A DNA stretch of 64,000 bases, from the NCBI GenBank assembly GCA_026392035.1, contig JAPLCX010000083.1, positions 4,597 through 68,596 on the forward strand. The letters are read 5' to 3'. Below, piece after piece: positions 19,569 through 28,542 of this stretch (position 1 is the first letter of the stretch; the number at the start of each line of letters is the position of its first letter). The translations under genes were made by a program, and so were the position numbers. A model generated the notes under the pieces. The model saw only the letters and a list, made by a program, of their open reading frames with translations, was not told the origin of the DNA and did no database searches. Source of the stretch: Candidatus Auribacterota bacterium. GTDB lineage: Bacteria > Auribacterota > Tritonobacteria > UBA1439.

Positions 19569-20723
19569 TCATCTTCTGGATAAGAGCGCATTGTATAAAT
19601 TTATATATCTCGGAATAACATACTCGCTGGAATAGCACTTTCCGATCTTTTCCCTTGCTCGCCTTCCCAAAAGCCTTGCGCCCTGTTCATCATTCAATAT
19701 TCCCAGGATAGCCTGCGCCAACTCCTCACTACTGCTTGGTCGCACCAGAATGCCATCAACGCCATCCTCAATCAGATCAGTATTGCCGCCTATCACTGTA
19801 GCAACACACGGGAGGCCGCAAGCCATAGCCTCCATAAGTGAGTTGGATAAACCTTCAGAGAGCGAGTGAAGGATGAAGATATCGCTGGCTTGAAAATAGG
19901 AGGAAATGGTGCTCGTCTTAGGTAAGAACAATACCTTCCCTTGTAAGTTTAAGTCGCATATCTGATTTTCTAAATCCGCTTTCAGCTTCCCCTCACCAAT
20001 CAGCACAAGGATGGAATGCGGGTAGTGAAAAGATACTTCAGCCCATGCTTCGATCAAACACGAAGGAGTCTTCTGGGGAACTAACCTCCCTATAAACAAT
20101 GCTATTTTGTTATCTGCGGGGAGGCAAAGGTCGCTCCGTAATCGCATCTTTACGCCATCTTGAACAGGATGAAACTTCTTCAGATCTACAAAGTTGGGTA
20201 TATGGAATATTTTTCCAGGGCTCAAGCCAAGCATCCCTAACTCATATTCTATTTGCCTGCTAATAGCAATGAAGGCGTCCACTCGATTGCAGATCGCACT
20301 GAGAAGTCTGGTCCCTATTATCTTCCTTATCCTTGCTAATTCACCGAACTGTCCTCCACATGCGATTTTAACTACAACCTTTTTATTGAATAACCAGGAA
20401 ATAACCAATGCAGACAAAGTGTGGTGATACAGAATATGAGTATGAATAACATCGTAATCATCCCTTTTTCTGTAGAGAAATACAAAGGTACTTAACAAAT
20501 AGCTTATGCCGCATATAAATCTCCATCTCAAGGGCATGATATCTCTGTAAACAAGCAGGCCATCTAAATCCTCTACCCTTTGCAAACCCCTTATCCTCTC
20601 AGTAAGGACGAATACTTTCAGGCCGCCTTTTATCAATTCCCGGGCCAGGTTCTCCGTCTGTTTCTCTGCCCCGCCGATAACGGGATGGAACAGGGAGCAA
20701 ATCATGCAAATCCTAGGACTCAT
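19569..20723 (-). CDS. GT4 family glycosyltransferase
   Basis: GGAEKQ, FIGRLVPQK, SEGLSNSLMEAMACGLP; AT-rich. Confidence 0.92.
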   Translation of the reverse strand: MSPRICMICSLFHPVIGGAEKQTENLARELIKGGLKVFVLTERIRGLQRVEDLDGLLVYRDIMPLRWRFICGISYLLSTFVFLYRKRDDYDVIHTHILYHHTLSALVISWLFNKKVVVKIACGGQFGELARIRKIIGTRLLSAICNRVDAFIAISRQIEYELGMLGLSPGKIFHIPNFVDLKKFHPVQDGVKMRLRSDLCLPADNKIALFIGRLVPQKTPSCLIEAWAEVSFHYPHSILVLIGEGKLKADLENQICDLNLQGKVLFLPKTSTISSYFQASDIFILHSLSEGLSNSLMEAMACGLPCVATVIGGNTDLIEDGVDGILVRPSSSEELAQAILGILNDEQGARLLGRRAREKIGKCYSSEYVIPRYINLYNALLSRR

Positions 20724-20804
20724 ATCAAATCTCGGATCATGTTCGATGGTCTGGGCTGCAGCCCGGACTTCTGCTCAGGATTAATCGGCATTCTGCGGGA
20801 AAAA

Positions 20805-20978
20805 TCATTTGCTCTTTGCTTCCGGCACCTCGGCCTCGTCAATGAGCATTATCGGAATGCCGTCTCTTATGGGGTACCTGCGACCGCATTGTGTGCAGAC
20901 GATCTTCTCGTCTTCGAGTTTGACATCCGCCTTGCAGGCAGGACATGCGAGAATATCTAATAATTCTTTGTCAATCAT
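20805..20978 (-). CDS. Trm112/YcaR family protein
   Basis: MIDKELLDILACPACK..C..C.RRYPIRDGIPIMLIDEA. Confidence 0.92.
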   Translation of the reverse strand: MIDKELLDILACPACKADVKLEDEKIVCTQCGRRYPIRDGIPIMLIDEAEVPEAKSK

Positions 20979-21035
20979 CCTTTGTCCTCCTCTCTCATGC
21001 AATCCGCAATCTTGCTATTCAGCAAATGCTTTCTC

Positions 21036-21099
21036 CCGCGGATAAACGCCTCTTTGAAAGATACTCTGATAATCCGCGATTATCCGCGCCTATCCGCGG
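21036..21099. repeat. Inverted-arm element with TATCCGCG units
   Basis: ccgcggata ... aatccgcgat tatccgcgcc tatccgcgg. Confidence 0.65.
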
Positions 21100-21105
21100 A
21101 TTAAA

Positions 21106-21777
21106 TCATAATAAGTTATTCTCTGCAAAGCTGAAATACCCATCCCTGCCGACCACCAGATGGTCCAGGATGCGGATGTCCATGGTACGGCAGGCTTCTG
21201 CGATCGAACTCGTGATGGTTTTATCCTCCGCCGAAGGTTCCGGATGGCCGCTCGGATGATTGTGGACCAAGATCAGCCCCACCGCATGGTGCGCGAGGGC
21301 CGATTCGACAATCTTCCGCGGGTAGACCACCGCGCGGTCAACCGTCCCCTCATGGATGGTCTCGTAGTCCATCACCTCATTCTTGACATTGAGAAAGATG
21401 ACCATAAAATCCTCGCGAGGGAGGGAGGCGAGCTTCATCCTGGCGAAATCCACGACCGCGCGGGGCGAGGAGAGCAGGTCCCGGCTCATCATCTTCTCTG
21501 CCATATACTCCGTGCAGAGCTCTTTGATCAGTGGGATGAGCAATGCCGACCGCGGCCCGATCCCCTTCACCGACTCGAGCTCGCGCGGGCTCGCGTCAAT
21601 GACCGCCGAGAGGCTGCCGAATCGCTCGATGAGACTTTTGGCGAGCGGCTTGACGTCCCTTCGAGAGATCACATAGGTGAGGAGAAGTTCGAGCGACTCG
21701 TAGTCGTGCATCGCCACCGCGCCGCTCTTCTCGAACCGTTCCCGCAGCCGCGTCCGGTGATGGAGATAGTGTGGCAT
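21106..21777 (-). CDS. radC: RadC family JAB/MPN domain protein
   Basis: HR.RLRERF, ELLL, VKGIG HhH motif, GTVDRAVVYPR, HNHPSG...PS..D, ILDHLVV. Confidence 0.93.
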   Translation of the reverse strand: MPHYLHHRTRLRERFEKSGAVAMHDYESLELLLTYVISRRDVKPLAKSLIERFGSLSAVIDASPRELESVKGIGPRSALLIPLIKELCTEYMAEKMMSRDLLSSPRAVVDFARMKLASLPREDFMVIFLNVKNEVMDYETIHEGTVDRAVVYPRKIVESALAHHAVGLILVHNHPSGHPEPSAEDKTITSSIAEACRTMDIRILDHLVVGRDGYFSFAENNLL

Positions 21778-21780
21778 TTT

Positions 21781-21912
21781 TGAAAAAGGGGACAGGCTAC
21801 TTTTTCTGTTGAGTTTATGCATCGGTAGTGCTTTTCATCTGTGTGAGAGAGTGATTTTTTCTTTCCTTTTGATTCTTATCCGAGGTGAAAAAGTAGCCTG
21901 TCCCCTTTTTCA
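21781..21912. mobile_element. 132-bp MITE/REPIN-like element with perfect 26-bp terminal inverted repeats
   Basis: tgaaaaaggggacaggctactttttc (21781-21806) and gaaaaagtagcctgtcccctttttca (21887-21912); AT-rich spacer. Confidence 0.8.
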
Positions 21913-22750
21913 TGTACTCCCCTACCGCCTCTCTCCATTGCCGCATCGGGGCGCCAGTCAGCCCGGCGTAGCGTGAGCCATCGAGCGCCGAGAACGGCGG
22001 CCGCGGGGCGGGGCGAGAGAGGCGTTCGCTCGTGATCTCGTTCACCCTCACACCGCTGATCCCCCCGAGTTCGAGGATCGCGCGGGCGTACTCGCACCAG
22101 GAACAGACGCCGCTATTCGTCACATTGACGATGCCCCGGCAGTCTGTCATGAGCAGCGAGCCGATTGCCTTGGCGAGATCGCGCGCGTAGGTGGGGCAAC
22201 CGCGCTGGTCTCCCACCACCTCAAGGACAGGCTGCCTGGCCGCGGCCCTGAGTATCGTGTCAACAAAGTTCTTCCCGTGCAGGCCGAAGAGCCACGAGGT
22301 TCTGACAATGATATAGTCGTCGAGGCCGCGCCGGACCGCCTGCTCCCCGGCCAGTTTCGATTTCCCGTATGCGCTCTGGGGATTTGTCGCCGCGTCCTCT
22401 CGGTAGGGCTTTTTCGCGCGGCCGTCGAAGACGTAGTCCGTGCTCAGGTAAATCATCCTGGCGCAGGCGGCGCGGCAGGCCGCGGCGACGTACCCCGCCC
22501 CCTGCGCGTTAACGGCGAACGCACCGTCCGGGTCACCCTCGCACCCATCGACATCCGTGCGCGCGGCCGCGTTGACGACAGCATGCGGCCTGAGCTCCCT
22601 GATATACGCCTCCGTGCCCTCTCTATCGGTGATATCAACCTCGCCGATGTCAACGCCGGTGAGCTCCCACGCGGGCGAGAGAATATCCATCAGCTCGTGC
22701 CCGAGCATGCCCGCTGCCCCGATCACCAGGATTCTCTCATGTGTGGCCAT
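21815..22750 (-). CDS. rfbD: dTDP-4-dehydrorhamnose reductase
   Basis: GAAGMLG, NAAARTDVD, STDYVFDG, YGKSKLAGE, DQRGCPT; tail encoded by the 132-bp element. Confidence 0.95.
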   Translation of the reverse strand: MATHERILVIGAAGMLGHELMDILSPAWELTGVDIGEVDITDREGTEAYIRELRPHAVVNAAARTDVDGCEGDPDGAFAVNAQGAGYVAAACRAACARMIYLSTDYVFDGRAKKPYREDAATNPQSAYGKSKLAGEQAVRRGLDDYIIVRTSWLFGLHGKNFVDTILRAAARQPVLEVVGDQRGCPTYARDLAKAIGSLLMTDCRGIVNVTNSGVCSWCEYARAILELGGISGVRVNEITSERLSRPAPRPPFSALDGSRYAGLTGAPMRQWREAVGEYMKKGTGYFFTSDKNQKERKNHSLTQMKSTTDA

Positions 22751-22779
22751 TGTTCAACCCTGAAGGCAATCTCTTGATC

Positions 22780-22878
22780 CGAACCGGCGAACCGGTGTAT
22801 CGGCGAAAAGGAACGTTGATCATTGAACTGTGTATGCTATTGCGCCGTCTCGCCGATTCGCCCTGTCGCCGTTTCGCG
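22780..22878. repeat. Inverted-arm element with 8-bp units (CGAACCGG / TCGCCGWT)
   Basis: cgaaccggcgaaccggtgtatcggcgaa ... cgccgtctcgccgattcgccctgtcgccgtttcgcg. Confidence 0.65.
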
Positions 22879-22880
22879 GG

Positions 22881-23891
22881 CTATGCCTGCTCACGCTCCA
22901 CGTACTGCTTCCGGTAGTACTCCCAGTACTCCCCGCTCTTCAGCTTATCCCACCACCACTCGTTGCGGGCGTACCAGTCAACCGTCTCCCCCATCGCCTT
23001 CTTGAAATCCCCCCGCGGCCGCCAGCCGAGCTTTTTCACCTTGTCGCAGTTGAGCGAGTAGCGCCGGTCATGCCCCTGCCTGTCCTTGACCTGTTTTATG
23101 AGAGTGCGGGGCTTTTTCAGGCAATCAAGAATGAAATGGGTAAGTTCGACATTGGGAATCTCGTTCCCCCCCCCGACGTTGTACACCTCGCCGTCAGTTC
23201 CCGCTTCGATGAGGAGCGCGACCGCGGCGCAGTGGTCCTCCACGAACAGCCAGTCCCGCACGTTCATGCCGTCGCCGTAGAGCGGGACGGGAATGTCCCT
23301 GAGCGCGTTGGTGACGAAAAGCGGTATAACCTTTTCCGGATACTGGTATGGCCCGAAGTTGTTGGAGGCCCTCGTGATGACCACCGGGAGCTGATAGGTC
23401 GCCCAGTAGGAATAGGCGAGCCTGTCGGCGCCGGCCTTGCTCGCGGCGTAGGGGTTCCTGGGCATGAGGGGATCGGTCTCCTTGAACGACCCTTTCTCGA
23501 TGCTCCCGTACACTTCATCGGTGGAGATCTGTATAAACTTTTTGATCTTGTGCGCGCGGGCGCTCTCGAGCAGCACGAAGGCCCCGTAGACGTCTGTGCG
23601 GATGAAATCCCCCGCGTGGCCGATCGCGCGGTCAACGTGCGTCTCCGCCGCGAAGTTGGCGATCACCTCGATACCCTCACCCACTATCCTCCGCACCAGC
23701 GACGCGTCGGCGATGTCACCCTTGATGAACCGGTAGCGCGGATCCGACTGGATATCCTTCAGGTTGTCCAGATTCCCCGCGTAGGTGAGCTTGTCGAGGT
23801 TGACGATCGAGCAGTCCCTGTGTTTTGAGAGATAGTACCGTATGAAGTTCGAGCCTATGAATCCGGCGCCGCCGGTCACGAGCAGTTTCAT
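22881..23891 (-). CDS. rfbB: dTDP-glucose 4,6-dehydratase
   Basis: VTGGAGFIGSNF, DKLTYAGN, AAETHVDR, STDEVYG, YAASKA, RDWLFVEDH, GHDRRY. Confidence 0.96.
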   Translation of the reverse strand: MKLLVTGGAGFIGSNFIRYYLSKHRDCSIVNLDKLTYAGNLDNLKDIQSDPRYRFIKGDIADASLVRRIVGEGIEVIANFAAETHVDRAIGHAGDFIRTDVYGAFVLLESARAHKIKKFIQISTDEVYGSIEKGSFKETDPLMPRNPYAASKAGADRLAYSYWATYQLPVVITRASNNFGPYQYPEKVIPLFVTNALRDIPVPLYGDGMNVRDWLFVEDHCAAVALLIEAGTDGEVYNVGGGNEIPNVELTHFILDCLKKPRTLIKQVKDRQGHDRRYSLNCDKVKKLGWRPRGDFKKAMGETVDWYARNEWWWDKLKSGEYWEYYRKQYVEREQA

Positions 23892-23955
23892 GAAGTCACC
23901 ATGTATTGTTGAGGGTTGGGAGTTGAGGACATGAGGCGTTATAACTCTCAACTGC

Positions 23956-24693
23956 TCACATATCCATCTTATTGGCCCCGCGTTCGTAGACGAGCATGTT
24001 GACCTTCATCAACCGATCAATGGAAGCCCCCGCGTCAGCCCACCATCCCTTCAGTATGTCATAGGTCATCTTACCCTTCTCGATGTACGCGTTGTTCACA
24101 TCGGTGATCTCGAGCTCGGCGCGGCCGGAGGGAGTGATGGTTTTTATGATACTGAAAACATCATGATCGTACAGGTAGATACCGATCACGGCGTAGTTGC
24201 TGACAGGTTTATCAGGTTTCTCTACGATATGGACAATCCTGTCTCCTGTGACCTCCGCGACGCCATAATCTTGAGGGTTGTCGACTACCTTCAGGAGGAT
24301 CTTCGCTCCGTCGGCCTGCCGCTTGAAATCACTCACCGCTTTGAGGATGTTCCCCTCGATAATGTTATCGCCCAGCATGACCGCGAGCTTTTCCCCTTCC
24401 GCAAAGTGCTCGGCGAGTGAGAGCGCCTCCGCGATCCCCCCCTCCCGCTCCTGATACGCGTACTGCAACTCCTTGAGGCCGAACTCCCTCCCGCTCCCCA
24501 GAAGCCGGAGAAAATCGCCTGCATTATTGCCCCCCGTCACGATGAGGATATCGTCGATTCCCGCGTTGACCAGAGTCTGGAGAGGATAATAAATCATCGG
24601 CTTGTCATAGATAGGGAGAAGGTGCTTGTTGGTGATTTTTGTGAGCGGCGAGAGCCTCGTCCCAAGCCCTCCCGCGAGTATCACTCCTTTCAT
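23956..24693 (-). CDS. rfbA: Glucose-1-phosphate thymidylyltransferase
   Basis: GVILAGGLGTRL.PLT..TNKHLLPIYDKPMIYYPL, LGDN, EKP, RAELEITD. Confidence 0.92.
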   Translation of the reverse strand: MKGVILAGGLGTRLSPLTKITNKHLLPIYDKPMIYYPLQTLVNAGIDDILIVTGGNNAGDFLRLLGSGREFGLKELQYAYQEREGGIAEALSLAEHFAEGEKLAVMLGDNIIEGNILKAVSDFKRQADGAKILLKVVDNPQDYGVAEVTGDRIVHIVEKPDKPVSNYAVIGIYLYDHDVFSIIKTITPSGRAELEITDVNNAYIEKGKMTYDILKGWWADAGASIDRLMKVNMLVYERGANKMDM

Positions 24694-24771
24694 GGTCACC
24701 CCCTTAATGTGCATGCCGCCACTATTATTCCGCAGCCCCTACCTACTCGCTACCAGCTGCTCACTACCGTA

Positions 24772-25227
24772 CTACTTCTCCTTGATGCCCCACTCATAGG
24801 GAATGTCGTTCTCATGAGGGGGGATCCGGTACTCATCAGGTTCGCTCCTGTTGTAGCATCGCGTGGGCAAATTGATCAGGAGACAGGGTTCACCCCCCAC
24901 CGTTTTATAGCCGTGCATGACGAGTTCGGGGATACGGATGATAATCCTGTTGTGCTCACCCACGAAAAACTCATTCACCTCACCATGCGTGGGGGAGCCC
25001 TCACGCCCGTCATAGGCCACGATCTTTGCCATCCCCTTGACCACCGCGATGAAGTCGACCTGCTTCTTGTGATAATGCCACGCGCGCACCACGCCGGGAT
25101 AATTCAGGGATACGTAGAGCTGGCCAAACCCCTCGAAGAACTCTTCATCGCAGCGCAGGATCTCCTGCAGGCACCCCCGCTCATCGGCATGCGGCCTCAA
25201 CTCTTTGATTTTAACTCCGCTGATCAT
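24772..25227 (-). CDS. rfbC: dTDP-4-dehydrorhamnose 3,5-epimerase family protein
   Basis: DERG, PGVVRAWHYH, D.REGSPT, HGYK. Confidence 0.88.
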   Translation of the reverse strand: MISGVKIKELRPHADERGCLQEILRCDEEFFEGFGQLYVSLNYPGVVRAWHYHKKQVDFIAVVKGMAKIVAYDGREGSPTHGEVNEFFVGEHNRIIIRIPELVMHGYKTVGGEPCLLINLPTRCYNRSEPDEYRIPPHENDIPYEWGIKEK

Positions 25228-25278
25228 TGCGTCTCTCCTTTCAGGTTACAGCTCACAAAATGGAAGAGAATCAGAGTT

Positions 25279-25287
25279 ATTATATCA
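25279..25287 (-). promoter_or_regulatory. Extended -10 element (TGnTATAAT) upstream of rfbC
   Basis: Minus strand reads TGATATAAT about 50 bp before the rfbC start; no good -35. Confidence 0.45.
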
Positions 25288-25351
25288 CGATGCCGCGGAG
25301 ATTCAGCACTGCTTTTCCCCTCACCCGGTAAGGGGTCACTTATAGAGGGGG

Positions 25352-25454
25352 GCCACGGATCCCGCTAAGCGGGACGGATTATGACGGATATTCACAGATG
25401 AAAAGAAAGCTTCATCTGCGGCCATCCGTGTGGTTATCCGTGAAAATCCGTGGC
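25352..25454. repeat. Inverted-arm element (CACGGAT / ATCCGTG units) with nested TCCCGCTAAGCGGGA palindrome
   Basis: gccacggat [cccgctaagcggga] cggattatgacggatattcacagatg ... catctgcggccatccgtgtggttatccgtgaaaatccgtggc. Confidence 0.8.
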
Positions 25455-25463
25455 GAACATCAT

Positions 25464-26402
25464 TTAGAGCATCCCGCCGATGAGGCTCCATGACATCACG
25501 AGGGCGCGTATGACCAGGTCAAGTGCCAGGGCTTGATCTGCGTGGATTCCCAGCGCGCCAAACAATTTGCAATACGCGACCTCCCCCGTCCCCCAGCCCG
25601 AGGGGGTAACGGGTATCGCGCATATTGTCCCGATGAGAGGAATGAGGAGGAGGAGGTGTCCATAGGTCACCTCCGCCATGCCGAGCATCTTTGCGATCCG
25701 GTAGACAATGGCGATCGTGACGAGCTGCAATACGAGCGAAATGAGCAGCGCCCCGCAGAGTGCGGATTTGTGCGTGCGATATGTGTACAGCGCGCGGTAG
25801 AGCCGGCGGACATTTTCCTCAAAGGGGAGCCGGCTGAGCGCTCTTTTCGCGAATGGAATTCTCCTGAGGATATCCTTACTGTAGAGCACCAGGAGACCGG
25901 CGCAGGTCACGAGAAAGAACGCGAGAAACAGACATGACGCCGCGCGGAGGCGGGGATTACGGCCATTGATCATAATGCCAGCGAAGCCAATGCCGAAGAA
26001 CGTCAGGAATCCGACAGTCCTGTCTGCGATGACCGAGATGAGGGCGCCCTCCCCCCTCCCCGGAGCTGCCCGCGCTAGGTAATACGCCTTGAGCACGTCG
26101 CCGCCCATCGAGCCGAGCATGATGTTGTTGAAAAAGAGGCCGATAAAGCAGTATCGCAAGATATTGATATACCGAACGCCGATATCCTGGACCTTCACGA
26201 GCATCTGCCAGCGCCAGGCGCTCATCAGCCACAGGACTCCATAGGCCGCCCCGCAGGCAAGAATGCTCCCCCGGTTCACGCCGCGGAGATAGCCGGCGAG
26301 CTCATGCAGGTCCACCTTCCTGTAGATAACGAAGGCGACTATCCCTGCCGCCAGCCCGATCTTACAAAGCATGAGAAGCTTATTCCGCAGCGATATGTTC
26401 AT
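25464..26402 (-). CDS. Lysylphosphatidylglycerol synthase TM / flippase-like membrane protein
   Basis: AWRWQML, IGLFFNN..GS.GGDVLKAY, DRTVG, IPVTPSGWGTGE. Confidence 0.85.
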   Translation of the reverse strand: MNISLRNKLLMLCKIGLAAGIVAFVIYRKVDLHELAGYLRGVNRGSILACGAAYGVLWLMSAWRWQMLVKVQDIGVRYINILRYCFIGLFFNNIMLGSMGGDVLKAYYLARAAPGRGEGALISVIADRTVGFLTFFGIGFAGIMINGRNPRLRAASCLFLAFFLVTCAGLLVLYSKDILRRIPFAKRALSRLPFEENVRRLYRALYTYRTHKSALCGALLISLVLQLVTIAIVYRIAKMLGMAEVTYGHLLLLIPLIGTICAIPVTPSGWGTGEVAYCKLFGALGIHADQALALDLVIRALVMSWSLIGGML

Positions 26403-26538
26403 ATGGTGGACCAGGCACATCGATGTGCGAGCTGGCTGAGTGCGAAACTTTGTCGTGATACGCCTCGGCGCTTGATTCTGAGCTGTCGTTTGTGATAGTG
26501 TATTACTGTATAACAACTACGGACTGGGGAGAAGCACA

Positions 26539-26859
26539 ATGGTGAAGAGATTATCGCTCGCGTGCCTGATACTGCTGCTCGCCGCGGCCCTTGACCGCGC
26601 GGCATGGCCGCAGGGGCCTCAACCGCTACGGCCACCGGACGCTCCCCCGATCGCATCGGCCGGCAGGATGGTCGGTGATAAGAGCCGTGATACCTTTCTC
26701 GCCGCCGGGGGGTTTTTCACGAAATTCGGCGCGACGGTAGCGCAGGAAAGCACACGTCTCTTTATCAAGCAGGGGAAGTTCTGGAAAAGGTTCGGTCAAT
26801 CCTTCGCTGATTTTCAGGAGCAGCCGGTCGGCCAGCCGCGGAAGATCGATCAGCTATGA
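26539..26859 (+). CDS. Hypothetical secreted protein
   Basis: Signal-peptide-like N-terminus, GGGGAG before the ATG, fills the gap between two genes. Confidence 0.55.
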   Translation: MVKRLSLACLILLLAAALDRAAWPQGPQPLRPPDAPPIASAGRMVGDKSRDTFLAAGGFFTKFGATVAQESTRLFIKQGKFWKRFGQSFADFQEQPVGQPRKIDQL

Positions 26860-27620
26860 AGGGCAAGGGCCGTTCCCTTGCCGATTTGCCAGGCACGCCC
26901 TATTTCCCGGCTCACATACGCCTTGCCGGCGCGCACCGCTTTCCCGAGCGGCATACCCTTTGCCAATCCCGCAGCGATTGCGGCAGAGAGAATGCAGCCC
27001 GACCCATGCAATTTCCCGCGCGCGCTCCGCGGGGCGCGCAACGTTGACAATGCCGTGCCGTCGTAATACCAGTCTGTCGCTCCCCCACCGCCGTGCCCTC
27101 CCTTGATGAGCACCGCCCGCGGCCCGTGCGCCCTCAGACGTTTCGCCGCCTCAAGAATATCGCCCCTGCCCCTGATCGTTATCCCCGCAACCTCCTCGGC
27201 CTCAAGGAGATTCGGAGTCACCAGGTCCGCGAGGGGGAAAAGATGCCGCACGAGGGCCTTTTCAGCACGCCGTGACAGGAGGCGGCTCCCACCGTGCGAA
27301 GTGATAACCGGATCGATCACGAGATGCGGGATCCGATACTTTAACAGGCTGCGCCACACCGCAATGATTATCCCCTCGCTCCAGAGCATCCCTGTTTTTA
27401 CCGCGTGCACGCGCATCTCTCCGAGGACCGCATTTATCTGCTCCGATACGATCCGTGGTGAGAGCGGCAGCACGTCCGTCACGCGCGCGCTGTCCTGCGC
27501 GGTTACCGCCGTCACCGCGCAGACGCCGTACACCCCGCACCGCTGGAATGTTTTGAGATCCGCCTGGATCCCCGCCCCGCAGGAGGAATCAGAACCGGCA
27601 ATCGTGAGCACCGTACGCAT
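26850..27620 (-). CDS. thiD: Hydroxymethylpyrimidine/phosphomethylpyrimidine kinase
   Basis: LTIAGSDSSCGAGIQADLK, TAVTAQ, KTGML, IDPV, TPNLLEA, KGGH, HGSGCILSAAI. Confidence 0.95.
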   Translation of the reverse strand: MRTVLTIAGSDSSCGAGIQADLKTFQRCGVYGVCAVTAVTAQDSARVTDVLPLSPRIVSEQINAVLGEMRVHAVKTGMLWSEGIIIAVWRSLLKYRIPHLVIDPVITSHGGSRLLSRRAEKALVRHLFPLADLVTPNLLEAEEVAGITIRGRGDILEAAKRLRAHGPRAVLIKGGHGGGGATDWYYDGTALSTLRAPRSARGKLHGSGCILSAAIAAGLAKGMPLGKAVRAGKAYVSREIGRAWQIGKGTALALHS

Positions 27621-27640
27621 CACTCTTCGCACCTCCGCCG

Positions 27641-28057
27641 TTAGCGCGCGTTGAACAGACAGTTGCAAACCTTTGCGACTATAGGAATGTCAGCTGCGGC
27701 AAAATCAAAGCGCCCTATTTCGCCGCTCCCCACCCACCTCAGGTCGTGGCACTCAATGGGGCGTGGCTGGCCGCGAAGGTAGGTGCAGAGATAGCAGAGC
27801 AGGAGCACATGGTACGTTTCGCCGCCCTTCTGGTAGTTGTGTGAAACGACCTCGAAAATGTCATTGACCTCGATATCGAAATCCATTTCCTCTTTGATCT
27901 CCCGGGCAAGACAGACCCGCGGATCTTCCGTGAATTCAATTTTGCCTCCGGGGAACTCCCACTTCAGCGGCTCGAGATTGGAGTCATGCTCCCTCTGGGC
28001 GATGAGGATCTTATCACCTCTGCGGATCACCGCTGCCGCACAGATGATCGGCTTCAC
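27641..28057 (-). CDS. MutT-like NUDIX hydrolase
   Basis: KWEFPGGKIE..E....CLAREIKEE NUDIX box; GTG start overlapping the upstream stop (GTGA). Confidence 0.9.
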   Translation of the reverse strand: MKPIICAAAVIRRGDKILIAQREHDSNLEPLKWEFPGGKIEFTEDPRVCLAREIKEEMDFDIEVNDIFEVVSHNYQKGGETYHVLLLCYLCTYLRGQPRPIECHDLRWVGSGEIGRFDFAAADIPIVAKVCNCLFNAR

Positions 28058-28461
28058 GCCTTCTCCCTGGACTGCCTGATCAGCCCCAGTATCCGCGCTC
28101 CTATTTCCTCCCGGGCCTTCCGGTACGCGGCGTAGGGCTTGCCCGCGGGATCGGCTATGCCCCCCCAGTCCACGCGTCCTCCGGCACACAACGCGGCGGG
28201 GAGGTCAGCCTCCGGACAGCCGAAATGCACGCAGAGGTCAAATGTTTCATTGTGGAGCGAGTCCAGCCCCCTGGGCGTGAACTCTCCGACCTCAAAGCCG
28301 CGCTCTCTCATCGCCGCTTTCGCCATCCGGTCACCTTCCGGTGCCGGGTGAATACCCGCACTCCTGGCGTCAATGATCCCCTTGCCGAATCTCACCGCGA
28401 ACGCCTCCGCCATCTGGCTGAGGCACGAATTATCCCTGCAGATAAATACAATCTTCTTCAT
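28054..28461 (-). CDS. LMW phosphotyrosine phosphatase / ArsC-like protein with a degenerate P-loop
   Basis: FICRDNSCLSQMAEA, SAG, W..DP; the catalytic Arg position is Leu. Confidence 0.8.
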   Translation of the reverse strand: MKKIVFICRDNSCLSQMAEAFAVRFGKGIIDARSAGIHPAPEGDRMAKAAMRERGFEVGEFTPRGLDSLHNETFDLCVHFGCPEADLPAALCAGGRVDWGGIADPAGKPYAAYRKAREEIGARILGLIRQSREKA

Positions 28462-28542
28462 CGGGATCTCTCCTCACGTACCAACACCCGGAATCAGGAA
28501 TACTGAATTCAGTAACCAGAACCGGCGCTCTATGATAGCATA

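Noticed and set aside
21106..21777. radC as a marker of a prophage or ICE
   Set aside because: It is the full-length chromosomal type, with no integrase or phage genes nearby.
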